Source of the DNA: a virus
Taxonomy: Duplodnaviria; Heunggongvirae; Uroviricota; Caudoviricetes
Strand: one strand, 5' to 3'
DNA length: 26,494 nucleotides
IMG/VR virus record: IMGVR_UViG_3300045988_034764
Part shown: positions 1-8,395 of the stretch, in pieces
Position numbering within the stretch: the stretch's first letter is position 1
Layout of the letters: every line of letters starts with the position of its first letter
The notes under the pieces: generated by a model
The model's database searches: none
Told to the model about the DNA's origin: nothing
Seen by the model: only the letters and a program-made list of their open reading frames with translations
Position numbers and translations under genes: made by a program

Positions 1-1
1 C

Positions 2-157
2 ATAATGCACGAAAACGGTAAATACTGGGTTCTAAACGATAAAGGAGTGTACTACGTAATGATTTCTGGGTTTACCCATGCTAAAGCTGATAGCGCATAC
101 GCTAGCTTATATTTAGCGATAGCCCGCTGCGATTATCTAGCGAGTAGAGATGTATAA
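2..157 (+). CDS. 3' end of a plus-strand gene running in from beyond the window start (partial, hypothetical)
   Basis: Frame open from position 2 with no stop until TAA at 155-157; followed directly by a hairpin terminator. Confidence 0.25.
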   Translation: MMHENGKYWVLNDKGVYYVMISGFTHAKADSAYASLYLAIARCDYLASRDV

Positions 158-160
158 GCT

Positions 161-186
161 AAGGCCCCTTTCGGGGCCTTTTATCA
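161..186. terminator. Intrinsic terminator hairpin between convergent genes
   Basis: AAGGCCCC-TTTC-GGGGCCTT stem-loop followed by TTATCATT; lies between a plus-strand ORF end and the minus-strand gene ending at 184. Confidence 0.5.
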
Positions 187-645
187 TTCCGGCTTAGTTA
201 CCTTCGCCGCTTTACTGACGGCCTCTACACCATCAGCATCAGTAACTTTAACGAAGTATTCACCAACCGCGTTTACTGTCAGAGATAAAGCCTCTTCTGG
301 CGCGTTGACAACTTCCTTCCCGTCTTTGTACCAGGTCAGAGCGTACGGAGCTTTACCCGCCTTAACTTCTACCGTGATTACCGCGCTTCCGTCTACCAGT
401 TCCGCGTCTTTCGGTTGCACAGAGAAATACACGTCGCCCGCGTCTTCCAGATACGGAATCTCGTAAAGCATACCCGCCGCAGGCAGTGCAATACCGGTTT
501 TATCTGCAAACGGCATATCGTCTACCGGTGTACCTAGTACACTTTCATCTTCAATAAACACCGCGTTCTCACCAGAGCCAGACACGCGGGCGTACTGGAC
601 TACGCGACGTGACGGAACATCAGTTACTTTGAAAAAGCCCATCAT
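184..645 (-). CDS. Structural protein with Ig-like (Big_2-type) domain, head-associated
   Basis: 153 aa ORF; ATG 1 nt from upstream gene stop; AAGGAG SD; beta-rich Ig-like sequence pattern (YALTWYKDGKEV); sits in the head gene block. Confidence 0.55.
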   Translation of the reverse strand: MMGFFKVTDVPSRRVVQYARVSGSGENAVFIEDESVLGTPVDDMPFADKTGIALPAAGMLYEIPYLEDAGDVYFSVQPKDAELVDGSAVITVEVKAGKAPYALTWYKDGKEVVNAPEEALSLTVNAVGEYFVKVTDADGVEAVSKAAKVTKPE

Positions 646-1688
646 TATTCTCCTTTCAGATAATCAGCAACACGTTTATCGAGTTCCGCCATCTGCTTAA
701 GCGTGAGCGGATTCCCGAAACCATCTACAGATATTACGCGAAACTCTTCCGGCGATATACCGCTGTTGCGGAAAATCTTACCCCGCACCGGGCCGATCGC
801 TTCATCCTGAAACCACGCCGGTTGTTGTTTAAGGAACTCGTAATAGGTTGTGTCCGCGCTTACCTGAGTGCCGCCGTCCGCGCCCTTAGCTGCACGTTTC
901 GCTCCTTTATCGAGGAAGTCGAACTCTGAACTGATTACAGGGGCCGTGGTACTTCTGCACCCAAAATGAGCCGGGGGCATCGGACCTTTACCGATTTCCC
1001 ACGTCATTCCGTCCCTGGCTCTGCAAATCGTACTGGTACGGCTGTCCAGCGTTGACACCCACTCGTACTTCTCGATGATGTCGTCGTTCTGACGGTACGT
1101 CTCGTTACGGGCTTCGTTGGACACATGAGACAGCGCAGTACGTATTACTGTAGCTGCGTTTCGTTCCGAGATGTCTGCCAGTCCGCCAGCGCCGACTACG
1201 CTTTTAACAATCTGCCGTGTGGTTTGGCCTTGTACGAAACCCATTTTAACGCCGGTTACAAGGCGCGCGACTTCTGTTTCACTCCAGCCCGACATCAGCT
1301 TGGTGAAATCAACTGGTTTGTCGCTTAATGAGAGCGGTTGAAACTCGGCAGCGGACCACACCTGTTCAGCGGTAGGTGTAACAAATTCCGCGTTAACGCT
1401 AGCCGTCAGCGTTTTTACATTCCACTCCGCCTCATACGCCGCTAGTTCCTTAAGGTCTTCTGTCAGCTTTGTTTGCCAGTCGCCTGTAAGTCCGCTCAGT
1501 GCTTCTTCCAGGTCGCGTAACAGTTTATTCAGTCGCGCGGTGCTACGCCCGTCGTCGCCGAATAACAGCACCTGCCGTTTGATTTCGTCCCTCATCTCCT
1601 GAAGGAACGGCGCGAGGTCTTTCACCTCACCGGACGCGGCGCGTTGCAGCCATATCTGGTGGCTGATTAGGGATGTAAGTAAGCTCAT
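645..1688 (-). CDS. Head morphogenesis protein (phage Mu F-like / SPP1 gp7 family)
   Basis: Start moved to in-frame ATG with AGGAGGG SD (track start is TTG at 1745); contains the Mu F-type H-x-x-CR motif (PAHFGCRSTT); lies downstream of portal. Confidence 0.65.
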   Translation of the reverse strand: MSLLTSLISHQIWLQRAASGEVKDLAPFLQEMRDEIKRQVLLFGDDGRSTARLNKLLRDLEEALSGLTGDWQTKLTEDLKELAAYEAEWNVKTLTASVNAEFVTPTAEQVWSAAEFQPLSLSDKPVDFTKLMSGWSETEVARLVTGVKMGFVQGQTTRQIVKSVVGAGGLADISERNAATVIRTALSHVSNEARNETYRQNDDIIEKYEWVSTLDSRTSTICRARDGMTWEIGKGPMPPAHFGCRSTTAPVISSEFDFLDKGAKRAAKGADGGTQVSADTTYYEFLKQQPAWFQDEAIGPVRGKIFRNSGISPEEFRVISVDGFGNPLTLKQMAELDKRVADYLKGE

Positions 1689-1732
1689 AAGCCCTCCTGT
1701 AGTATCGACAGTGTACCGCATAAAAATAATAA

Positions 1733-1764
1733 TTGCAGACACCAATATAATAGGGTACTATTCA
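1733..1764 (+). promoter_or_regulatory. sigma70-like promoter with embedded operator motif, driving the transporter/DpdA cassette
   Basis: TTGCAG (1733-1738), 17-bp spacer, TACTAT (1756-1761); internal TATAAT (1746-1751); core TATAATAGGGTACTATTCA is one copy of the recurrent 19-bp motif. Confidence 0.45.
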
Positions 1765-1788
1765 GTTAACTTAAACAGGAGACGAAAA

Positions 1789-1947
1789 ATGAAATTAGCA
1801 AAAAGAATTACCGTAAATACTAATTTAAGTTCGAAAAACGGAGACAAACGTAAGTTCCGCCGTAAAATGCGCCAGATTGTTAAACTAGACTACATTTTTG
1901 AAGAAACGATTGCACTAGCCGCAAACGCTGCCCGTAACTGGGGGTGA
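1789..1947 (+). CDS. Small basic protein (52 aa), first gene of the modification cassette
   Basis: In-frame ATG with AGGAG SD 7 nt upstream; lysine/arginine-rich; stop 4 nt before next gene. Confidence 0.45.
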   Translation: MKLAKRITVNTNLSSKNGDKRKFRRKMRQIVKLDYIFEETIALAANAARNWG

Positions 1948-1951
1948 TAAG

Positions 1952-2416
1952 ATGATGTATGCAATTTACGTAGCGGCGATATGCGCCGCTAACTTTTCGG
2001 TAACTGTGTTTGGTCCGTGGGCGACACCGGTAAACGCCTTTCTACTTATTGGGCTTGATTTCGTAATAAGAGATAAGTTGCACGAGAGGATTGGTGTACA
2101 AAAAATATTCATACTGATACTAGTAACTGGCATTATAAGTTTCTCCATAAACCCGGCAACCGGCAAGATTGCTATGGCAAGCGTTGTTGCCTTCGCTTTT
2201 GCAGCCGCCATAGATGCCGTTGTCTACCAGGCACTGATCAATAAAAAGTGGTTGGTTAAGTCAAACGTAAGTAATACAGCGGCCTCGGCGGTGGACTCTT
2301 TTATTTTCCCACTAATAGCTTTCGGGGCCTTCATGCCGCTAGTCGTACTGGGCCAATTCGTGGCTAAGGTTTTTGGCGGAGCTTTATGGTCGTTCTTGCT
2401 GAGGAAAATTAAATGA
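1952..2416 (+). CDS. Polytopic membrane protein, YhhQ / COG1738-like (queuosine-precursor transporter family)
   Basis: 154 aa with about 4 hydrophobic helices; motifs recalled from memory as YhhQ-like (D-x-x-x-R, NVS-x-T...FIFPLIAF); GGGGGTGA SD; ATGA overlap with DpdA-like gene. Confidence 0.45.
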   Translation: MMYAIYVAAICAANFSVTVFGPWATPVNAFLLIGLDFVIRDKLHERIGVQKIFILILVTGIISFSINPATGKIAMASVVAFAFAAAIDAVVYQALINKKWLVKSNVSNTAASAVDSFIFPLIAFGAFMPLVVLGQFVAKVFGGALWSFLLRKIK

Positions 2417-3147
2417 CAGTGCATTACCACGGAGGCCCTATTTGGGGTGGGGATGAGCTTATAGAAGCATTGTACCGAGGTGGTGGTGCTCTGGTATCAT
2501 ACGCCCGCCCCGATCAAATACGAAAGATAGCCGCCACGAGATGTAAATTAGTGTTGGACAACGGAGCTTTTTCGACGTGGAAGAAAGCACCGGACAACAT
2601 AGACTGGAGCGCCCACTGGGCAGGATATTATGATTTTGTCGGAGAGTGGTTCAGTCGTATTGAGTGGTTCATAATACCGGACGTTATAGAGGGCACGGAG
2701 GAAGAGAACGACGCATTAATAGAAACTGTCCCCGATTGGTTAAGGTCTAAGGCGGTCCCGGTGTGGCACAGCGATGAAAGTATAAGAAGACTGGTAAAAC
2801 TGTGCCGTGGGTTCAATCGGGTAGCGATAGGTTGCTGCGGACCGCACAGGGCCATACGGTCTAAGTCATGGGGGAAAAGAATGGACCAGGCATTTAATGC
2901 GGTTTATAGAAACAGGAAATTGGATGTAAAACTCCACGGCCTTAGAATGCTGGATGGGCGGGCCTTGAGCCGCTACCCTTTCGACAGCGCTGACAGCACA
3001 AACGTAGCTATAAATGTGCCGAAAACTAAGGCAAGACTACCTGACATAACGGACAAACTGCATCGAACTGCCATAATGAGGCATACCATAGAGATGGTTA
3101 AACCCCCTACAGTAGAGGAATGGCTACTTAAAACTAAGGCCCCATAA
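2413..3147 (+). CDS. dpdA: DpdA-like tRNA-guanine transglycosylase paralog (7-deazaguanine DNA transglycosylase candidate)
   Basis: 244 aa; TGT-like motifs LDNGAF (compare DSGGFQ) and FDSADST (compare FDCVxPT); no zinc-binding subdomain, as in short phage DpdA; coupled to the YhhQ-like gene. Confidence 0.5.
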   Translation: MTVHYHGGPIWGGDELIEALYRGGGALVSYARPDQIRKIAATRCKLVLDNGAFSTWKKAPDNIDWSAHWAGYYDFVGEWFSRIEWFIIPDVIEGTEEENDALIETVPDWLRSKAVPVWHSDESIRRLVKLCRGFNRVAIGCCGPHRAIRSKSWGKRMDQAFNAVYRNRKLDVKLHGLRMLDGRALSRYPFDSADSTNVAINVPKTKARLPDITDKLHRTAIMRHTIEMVKPPTVEEWLLKTKAP

Positions 3148-3159
3148 CGGGGCCTTTTT
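3136..3159. terminator. Intrinsic terminator at the end of the modification cassette (possibly bidirectional)
   Basis: AAGGCCCC-ATAAC-GGGGCCTT hairpin spanning the DpdA stop codon, followed by TTTTT; portal gene ends at 3162 on the other strand. Confidence 0.55.
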
Positions 3160-3161
3160 CG

Positions 3162-4631
3162 CTACTCCTGTTGCTGTGCCGACTGCGGAATCTCCCCCTC
3201 CACCTGAGTAACAGCACCTAACGGCAGTGGTGCATCCTCGATTGCGTTCTGAATGTCCTCGTCCGTCCAGTCAGTTACGCCAGCCTTACGCAATGCTGCA
3301 TAGTAAGCAGTGGCGGGCAGCAAACCGGCATTAATGTCTGCCATCCACTGCGCACGGTCATGGGCGGTCATCGGTTGCAAGAAGAACTCCATATTCAGCT
3401 TGAACTCAATCTCTGTGCCTTCACGCAGCCCTAGCATCGCAGCCACCCAGCGCAACGCATCGGTGTACGCCATGCTTACGTTCCGCGCGATTGTCGCCAT
3501 AACTGACGTATCCGCACCGCGTTGCAGTCTGGCCGATTCAGCGGTGATTTGCTGCGTCGGGGTGATAAGCTGCGCACCAATCTGGATAGCCTGATTCTCT
3601 TTATCCAGCATGTTCTGCTTAGCGAGGTTGTTCTCCCCCGCCTGAACCAGAAACGCATTGCCGCCGTAACCAATGTTGTGGCCTGAACGCGACCCCATAC
3701 GCACGCCGTGAGGGTTGGCTTCTTTCCACTGTTCCATGCTCATGTTCTCGCCCGGCGCAATGAACAAAGTAGGCTGGCCTACCACGAAGCTGGACTCTTC
3801 ATTGTCTGCGCTGTTACGGAAATGCCCGATATTAAGCTCAGCCAACGGCAGCAAAGGTGCATCGTCAATTGTTGCATCGTTGTTGCTCGCACCAATGAAC
3901 GTAAATGGGATTTTACCGCGCAACTGTTCGCCCAGTTCCGGGAATATTTCGATTACTTCGTCCTGAGCGCCGCCTTCGGCATCGAAGCGGTAAATGCGCT
4001 GGCGGTAGCGACCGTCAATCAGGTCAAGGACGCGGTATTGCTCGCCAAACTTGGTTTCGAACTCCGCACCCGGTTCTGAGTATTCCCATGCCTCACGCAG
4101 CACGACCATAGTCACACGGTTCACTGAACCTACGCGTGTCAGTCGCCAGTTGATGATGTTCTCTGCGGTATAGAATGCGATGACCGGGTTTAATAACCCT
4201 GCGTTCTGTTCGGCTGCCGTCGCGGCGGCGGTCTCTGGGGCATCAACCAGCAACCCGCCACGACCTACCGAGTCAATCTCCATCAGCGTATCCTGCGCGT
4301 GCTGCCACAGCCCGACACCGGAACCGTCAGCATTACGTAGCAGGTACTCCATCTCAGGCGGAATAATCTGTTCGGGGTCTTTGCGCATGACGCTACCGAC
4401 CATCCCCGCCAGGGTACGTTTAGTGAAGTTGTAGCAGATAGCGCCGTTCTCGTATTCTTCCTGGCGCTGCGCTGCGTAGGTTGGGTCTGGCTCGTTCTTC
4501 CCGACGTTGCGAAGATAGCGGATAAGGTCGCCTTCCAGCGCGTGTCGCACCTTCTGCCATTTATCGAAGTGATGCAGCCATTCCCGGTGTTTTGTCTTAA
4601 CACCCTGATTCTGACCGTTCATAGTTAACAT
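3162..4631 (-). CDS. Portal protein
   Basis: 489 aa ORF between terminase large subunit and head morphogenesis gene; AAGAGGA SD; size and position typical of a portal. Confidence 0.6.
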   Translation of the reverse strand: MLTMNGQNQGVKTKHREWLHHFDKWQKVRHALEGDLIRYLRNVGKNEPDPTYAAQRQEEYENGAICYNFTKRTLAGMVGSVMRKDPEQIIPPEMEYLLRNADGSGVGLWQHAQDTLMEIDSVGRGGLLVDAPETAAATAAEQNAGLLNPVIAFYTAENIINWRLTRVGSVNRVTMVVLREAWEYSEPGAEFETKFGEQYRVLDLIDGRYRQRIYRFDAEGGAQDEVIEIFPELGEQLRGKIPFTFIGASNNDATIDDAPLLPLAELNIGHFRNSADNEESSFVVGQPTLFIAPGENMSMEQWKEANPHGVRMGSRSGHNIGYGGNAFLVQAGENNLAKQNMLDKENQAIQIGAQLITPTQQITAESARLQRGADTSVMATIARNVSMAYTDALRWVAAMLGLREGTEIEFKLNMEFFLQPMTAHDRAQWMADINAGLLPATAYYAALRKAGVTDWTDEDIQNAIEDAPLPLGAVTQVEGEIPQSAQQQE

Positions 4632-4675
4632 TGAGTAGTCCTCTTAGAGTGCGTTAGTGCGCACTGTTGCCGCGT

Positions 4676-4900
4676 TTATGCCTTCTTAATCCAATTATTG
4701 TAAACGCCAAGCCCCCAGCTATAGGCGTAGAAAAGGCACAGCACAAGAATACCCCATTGCTGGTTTACTATCGCGCTATAAATCCAGAAAGGCTGCCCAG
4801 CAATTCCAAACAAACAAGCGAATCTCTTCCACTTCTGGTTGGATTGCTGGGTAAGGAAGATGGCTATTACGCCAGTGAAAGCTATAGCTAGTTGGTCCAT
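4676..4900 (-). CDS. Small integral membrane protein (hypothetical)
   Basis: 74 aa, 2-3 hydrophobic helices; between terminase and portal; TGAGGA SD. Confidence 0.5.
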   Translation of the reverse strand: MDQLAIAFTGVIAIFLTQQSNQKWKRFACLFGIAGQPFWIYSAIVNQQWGILVLCLFYAYSWGLGVYNNWIKKA

Positions 4901-4906
4901 AAATCC

Positions 4907-6157
4907 TCACAGAGAAAAAGTAACGGGGATGTTGATTACTGGTTTAACCACCGGCATCTCGTAAACTACAGGATAGCCGAGAGCATCCGCCATATGGTCG
5001 ATGATGCCGTCTTTATCTGGCTCTCCGTTATCGTCATATGCCTGCTGCTCCAGCGTCTTCGCTATCTCGGGGCATAAGTGGTCGTTAACCCACAGCTTAC
5101 CTTTTTCCAGCGCGGTATTCACGGCTAAAACACGGTCTTTAACCGGGGGGTTGGCGGATTTAGCGCGAACATCGAACCCGGCCTGCTGGAGTAACGCGAT
5201 ATCAGAGATTGACGCTGAGTTGGTTTTGCGGTTCTTGCCGCTGGCGTCGGGGTAAACGACGATGCGGTGGCCTTGCGATTTCCACTTCTCGGTAATGACG
5301 CGCACAGTATCCGGCGTATCGAACAGACCTTTCAGTTCTGCCACCGCGTGCCAGCCGTCTTTACGCTGCACATACACGGCGCTCGCGTTCTTCGTAACGT
5401 TGAAGTCCTGCCCGATGTACAGCGTGTCGCCCGGTTGAATAGTCTCTTTGCTGCGGTGCTTGCGACGGTCATACGCGTAATACACGCTGCCGGATGTCAG
5501 GTTAACGAACTCGCCGTTCAGATACGCGTTAATCAACTGTGCCGGGTAAGTCTCCGTCAGCGAGCTAATGTAATCCGGCGGCAGGAATCTCGCATTCTCA
5601 TGAGTTGATGCCTGCACCATTGAGTAACTCGGCGTCGGGTTCTCTTTGAACTTGGCGTAGACGAACTTGAACCCTTCCGGCGTCGTGGTGACGGAGATGT
5701 GGTTGGTTACGCCAGGAATAACCAGACGCATACGGGCTACGATTTTGTTCCACGCCAGCTCAGCTTTCTCGCGACTCAATACGTCGAGCTCATCCACGAC
5801 CGCGGCGGCGATTTTGAAGCCGACGATAGAGCCAGGGTTATCCATCGAACGGCAGATAACCGTACCGAGCACCGTCTTACCGCGAGTGACAACGACCTCT
5901 TTGTCGCCGGATTTAACCAGCACATCAAGGCCGAGCAGGTTAGCCGCTTCCTCGAATGTCGGGTAGAAGATGTCGCGGATGGCCGGGTACGTCGGCCCGA
6001 AGTAGCCCAGGCGCGCACCTGGGTGCTTGAGCATGAATGTAAGCAGGTCCAGACAGCCAACAAATGTCTTGCCGCTGCCGAATCCCCCGACATAGGCTTT
6101 GTATTTGTTATCGCAATTCAGGAACAGTGCCTGCGGGGCGGATAGCTGAATACTCAT
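4907..6157 (-). CDS. terL: Terminase large subunit
   Basis: 416 aa; Walker A GGFGSGKT, Walker B VVDELD; ATGA overlap with upstream small-subunit gene. Confidence 0.85.
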   Translation of the reverse strand: MSIQLSAPQALFLNCDNKYKAYVGGFGSGKTFVGCLDLLTFMLKHPGARLGYFGPTYPAIRDIFYPTFEEAANLLGLDVLVKSGDKEVVVTRGKTVLGTVICRSMDNPGSIVGFKIAAAVVDELDVLSREKAELAWNKIVARMRLVIPGVTNHISVTTTPEGFKFVYAKFKENPTPSYSMVQASTHENARFLPPDYISSLTETYPAQLINAYLNGEFVNLTSGSVYYAYDRRKHRSKETIQPGDTLYIGQDFNVTKNASAVYVQRKDGWHAVAELKGLFDTPDTVRVITEKWKSQGHRIVVYPDASGKNRKTNSASISDIALLQQAGFDVRAKSANPPVKDRVLAVNTALEKGKLWVNDHLCPEIAKTLEQQAYDDNGEPDKDGIIDHMADALGYPVVYEMPVVKPVINIPVTFSL

Positions 6158-6699
6158 TCCTCTACCTCGCCCATGTTCGTTGTTACGATTTTACCCACAG
6201 GCTCCGCGACACTGAAAATAATCTCAGTCGGTGCTGTTTCTTCTGTTGATTCAACTGGTTTCTCTTTGCTGAGGCCCAGCTTCGCCGCAGCAAACGTAGC
6301 AGAGATACCTGCGGCCCCGGTCTCGGTGAAGTACGCCTCTTCCAGCGCCTGTGCGGTCTCCCAGGCTTCTGCAAATGCGGGAATCTCACGCAGCCACAGC
6401 TTAATAATCGGGATAGTTACGCCGATGTGTAAGGCGAAGCGGGCCAGTGACGGGGGTTTATCCTGAATAAGTGGACGTTCGTCGCCCTTAGACGTAGGCA
6501 CAAGCTCCCATGACGTGCGGTCGAAGAACTCGATTAGCGCGTCGCAATAGTCCGGGTCCCACAACGCGGCGGAATTACGGGATGATTGATAAAGGCTCTG
6601 TTTACCGCGTGGTCGTTTACGGCGACGGTTTGCGCTAACAGCTTCTTCATGTGCAGCTTGCACCACCTCTGGCGATGGCTGCTTAAGTTTCAGCTTCAT
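6154..6699 (-). CDS. Terminase small subunit (putative)
   Basis: Start moved to in-frame ATG with AAGGGGA SD (181 aa); immediately upstream of and overlapping terL; basic N-terminus. Confidence 0.5.
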   Translation of the reverse strand: MKLKLKQPSPEVVQAAHEEAVSANRRRKRPRGKQSLYQSSRNSAALWDPDYCDALIEFFDRTSWELVPTSKGDERPLIQDKPPSLARFALHIGVTIPIIKLWLREIPAFAEAWETAQALEEAYFTETGAAGISATFAAAKLGLSKEKPVESTEETAPTEIIFSVAEPVGKIVTTNMGEVEE

Positions 6700-6716
6700 A
6701 GAATCCCCTTGCATAT

Positions 6717-6757
6717 GCGTCTGACCATCAGAGCGCATCAGACGCGCCCTACGCGTC
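6717..6757 (-). repeat. Nested palindromes and direct repeats in the leader of the terminase operon
   Basis: GCGTCTGA...TCAGACGC and GACGCG-ccctа-CGCGTC inverted repeats plus CATCAGA direct repeat, about 20-60 nt upstream of the small terminase start. Confidence 0.35.
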
Positions 6758-6797
6758 TAAAGGGATTATATAAGGGGATTGGGCGGGATGTACAGAA

Positions 6798-6817
6798 AAG
6801 CCCTCCGTAGAGGGCTT
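6798..6817 (-). terminator. Putative intrinsic terminator separating the small-gene array from the terminase operon
   Basis: 8-bp GC-rich stem with 4-nt loop; on the minus strand followed by TTTTCTGT. Confidence 0.35.
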
Positions 6818-6922
6818 GTATCAGTTATATAGGCCGTGTCGTGGTGCTCTTTTGCCGTCGCCGCTGTAGTGGTCGTTAGCTACCGCGATTGCCCAGGCGT
6901 TAGGGATGATTAACAGTTTCAT

Positions 6923-7111
6923 TTAACCCAGCCCCAGAATCCCTACCCTTTCAACCCTAAGGTATATTTGAGGGGCCTTCTGTTTGGCCTTCGCTATAGC
7001 TTTTTCTGCTTCTTCCTTAGAGAAGAATATAGCTTTGAGTGTATCATAATCTTTATTGGTAACGGACACGATACCACCAGAGGCATCGACTACGGCATAA
7101 AATTCGTTCAT
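6923..7111 (-). CDS. Hypothetical protein (62 aa)
   Basis: ORF with GGGGAGAG SD; ATGA overlap with upstream gene. Confidence 0.5.
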   Translation of the reverse strand: MNEFYAVVDASGGIVSVTNKDYDTLKAIFFSKEEAEKAIAKAKQKAPQIYLRVERVGILGLG

Positions 7112-7344
7112 TCCCCGCTCTCCCCTTTAGCAATGCGTTGTTCAGTTTTAGTGATACCCCGGCGCGTGAATAGCACTGGGCTTGTCTTAACGTGCGTCAT
7201 GAGACGGTTGTTATAAATTACATGGCGCTCACAGTTAACGTCTTTGCTGTACTTCGCAATCGTCATTTCGTTGATGCCGGTTTGTCGGCATGTCTCCGCC
7301 ATCGTGCCGTATTCTTTAATCAGGTTCGGAATGCTGGTAATCAT
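7108..7344 (-). CDS. Hypothetical protein with possible helix-turn-helix (78 aa)
   Basis: Start moved to in-frame ATG with GAGGA SD; segment AETCRQTGINEMTIAKY resembles an HTH. Confidence 0.45.
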   Translation of the reverse strand: MITSIPNLIKEYGTMAETCRQTGINEMTIAKYSKDVNCERHVIYNNRLMTHVKTSPVLFTRRGITKTEQRIAKGESGE

Positions 7345-7511
7345 CCTAAGAAATTCCTCGTTGTCCACATCGCATTCGGATATTTGTTATCGCGGTCCTG
7401 CACTACGGCAATCATGTTACCGCGTTGCACCAGGCAGAAGTGGCGCTGTTGCTCACCGTTGTAGCGGCGCCATATTGCCTCTTCGATTGCTGCGTTGGTG
7501 TCATTGAACAT
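7341..7511 (-). CDS. Hypothetical small protein (56 aa), not in ORF track
   Basis: ATG 2 nt after upstream stop; own stop overlaps next start (ATGA); fills the gap in a tightly packed gene train. Confidence 0.35.
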   Translation of the reverse strand: MFNDTNAAIEEAIWRRYNGEQQRHFCLVQRGNMIAVVQDRDNKYPNAMWTTRNFLG

Positions 7512-7513
7512 AC

Positions 7514-7696
7514 TCACCCCACTATCTCATCACCAAGCCACGCCGTTTCTCGTATATCGTCTACCACACAAGCGGCGTGCTCTCGGCTAATCGCAAAAAT
7601 GTAGAAGCTAAACTTCTTCCCGTCGGCGTCGATGTGGTTAACCGAGTATGGTTTCCACAGGACGCCGTCAATTACTACTGGTTCAGGCGCTTTCAT
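7514..7696 (-). CDS. Hypothetical protein (60 aa)
   Basis: Track ORF with start moved to first ATG (track start is TTG); stop-start junction TAAacATG with upstream gene. Confidence 0.45.
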   Translation of the reverse strand: MKAPEPVVIDGVLWKPYSVNHIDADGKKFSFYIFAISREHAACVVDDIRETAWLGDEIVG

Positions 7697-7698
7697 GT

Positions 7699-7884
7699 TT
7701 AGTATTGCCAGAGGTCTTGCAAGGAATGCGCCCAATCTTCCTCATCCTTCATGCGCTCAAGTAGCATCTTAAACGCTTCCAGTTGAAACTCTCCGTTAAT
7801 CGACAGTCGCCCGCCTAACGTCTGTTTCTCTGACTCAAGCACCGTAATACGGCGTTCGAGTGATGCGATTGTGATTTTAGGCAT
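7699..7884 (-). CDS. Hypothetical coiled-coil protein (61 aa)
   Basis: Start moved to ATG with AGGGTGA SD (track start is GTG). Confidence 0.5.
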   Translation of the reverse strand: MPKITIASLERRITVLESEKQTLGGRLSINGEFQLEAFKMLLERMKDEEDWAHSLQDLWQY

Positions 7885-8050
7885 TGGCGTCACCCTTGTT
7901 CAGGTTGAATCGGTTAATTAGCTCGCGGCGGTGCTCTTGCCACTCTGCGAGTTGTTTTTCCAGGTGTTCGATCATCTCGTCCGCGCCTTTAAGCCACGCT
8001 TGCCCGGTCGCCGCTTCTACGCTAAGTTTCTCGTATTCGTTGTTAGTCAT
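7877..8050 (-). CDS. Hypothetical small protein (57 aa), not in ORF track
   Basis: ATG with GGGGGAG SD; overlaps neighbours on both sides by 8 nt; plus-strand track ORFs here are antisense. Confidence 0.35.
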   Translation of the reverse strand: MTNNEYEKLSVEAATGQAWLKGADEMIEHLEKQLAEWQEHRRELINRFNLNKGDANA

Positions 8051-8204
8051 TCTTTACGCTCCCCCACATGCGATTTAGATACTTGTTCTTGTCCGGCCCC
8101 GGGAAACTGTTGCGTTTCATCAGTTCCTCGCGTGTCGGGAACGGGGTATGACTGACTTTACGGCCTACCCGTAATGGCTGGCTTGCTGGACCTTGTTCAC
8201 TCAT
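8043..8204 (-). CDS. Hypothetical protein (53 aa)
   Basis: Start moved to ATG with AGGAGA SD; ATGA overlap with upstream gene. Confidence 0.4.
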   Translation of the reverse strand: MSEQGPASQPLRVGRKVSHTPFPTREELMKRNSFPGPDKNKYLNRMWGSVKND

Positions 8205-8395
8205 TTCTTCTCTCCTGCGAGTTCCATATTGAATACAATACGAACGTTTTCCAGGGGCGTAGTACCTACTAGCTTTGCCGCGTAAGCCCCCGCATCTCCA
8301 GATTGGTGAAACTGGCCGCAATCAACATACTCATCCCCGTTGAAAAAAGAAACAACGAAACAACCTTTACCAACTTCCGTAACTATATTTTTCAT
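8201..8395 (-). CDS. Hypothetical protein (64 aa)
   Basis: ATG with AGGAGA SD; ATGA overlap with upstream gene. Confidence 0.5.
   Translation of the reverse strand: MKNIVTEVGKGCFVVSFFNGDEYVDCGQFHQSGDAGAYAAKLVGTTPLENVRIVFNMELAGEKK

Noticed and set aside
1125-1328. Plus-strand ORF (67 aa) in the track
   Set aside because: Lies wholly antisense within the head morphogenesis gene; no ribosome-binding site; Cys/Arg-rich composition typical of a spurious frame
3310-4434. Several plus-strand and alternative-frame ORFs (65-123 aa)
   Set aside because: All lie inside the 489-aa portal ORF on the opposite strand or in other frames; low-complexity Ser/Arg/Ala-rich translations
4676-4900. Considered calling the small membrane protein between terminase and portal a holin
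   Set aside because: A complete lysis cassette with two membrane proteins and an endolysin exists at 8722-9761; there is no lysis context here
5001-6249. Plus-strand ORFs up to 148 aa and a minus alternative-frame ORF
   Set aside because: Embedded in the large terminase gene, whose Walker motifs define the true frame; no independent start signals
7192-8155. Plus-strand ORFs (64-90 aa) in the small-gene array
   Set aside because: Antisense to a tightly packed minus-strand gene train with Shine-Dalgarno sequences and coupled junctions; the plus frames lack these
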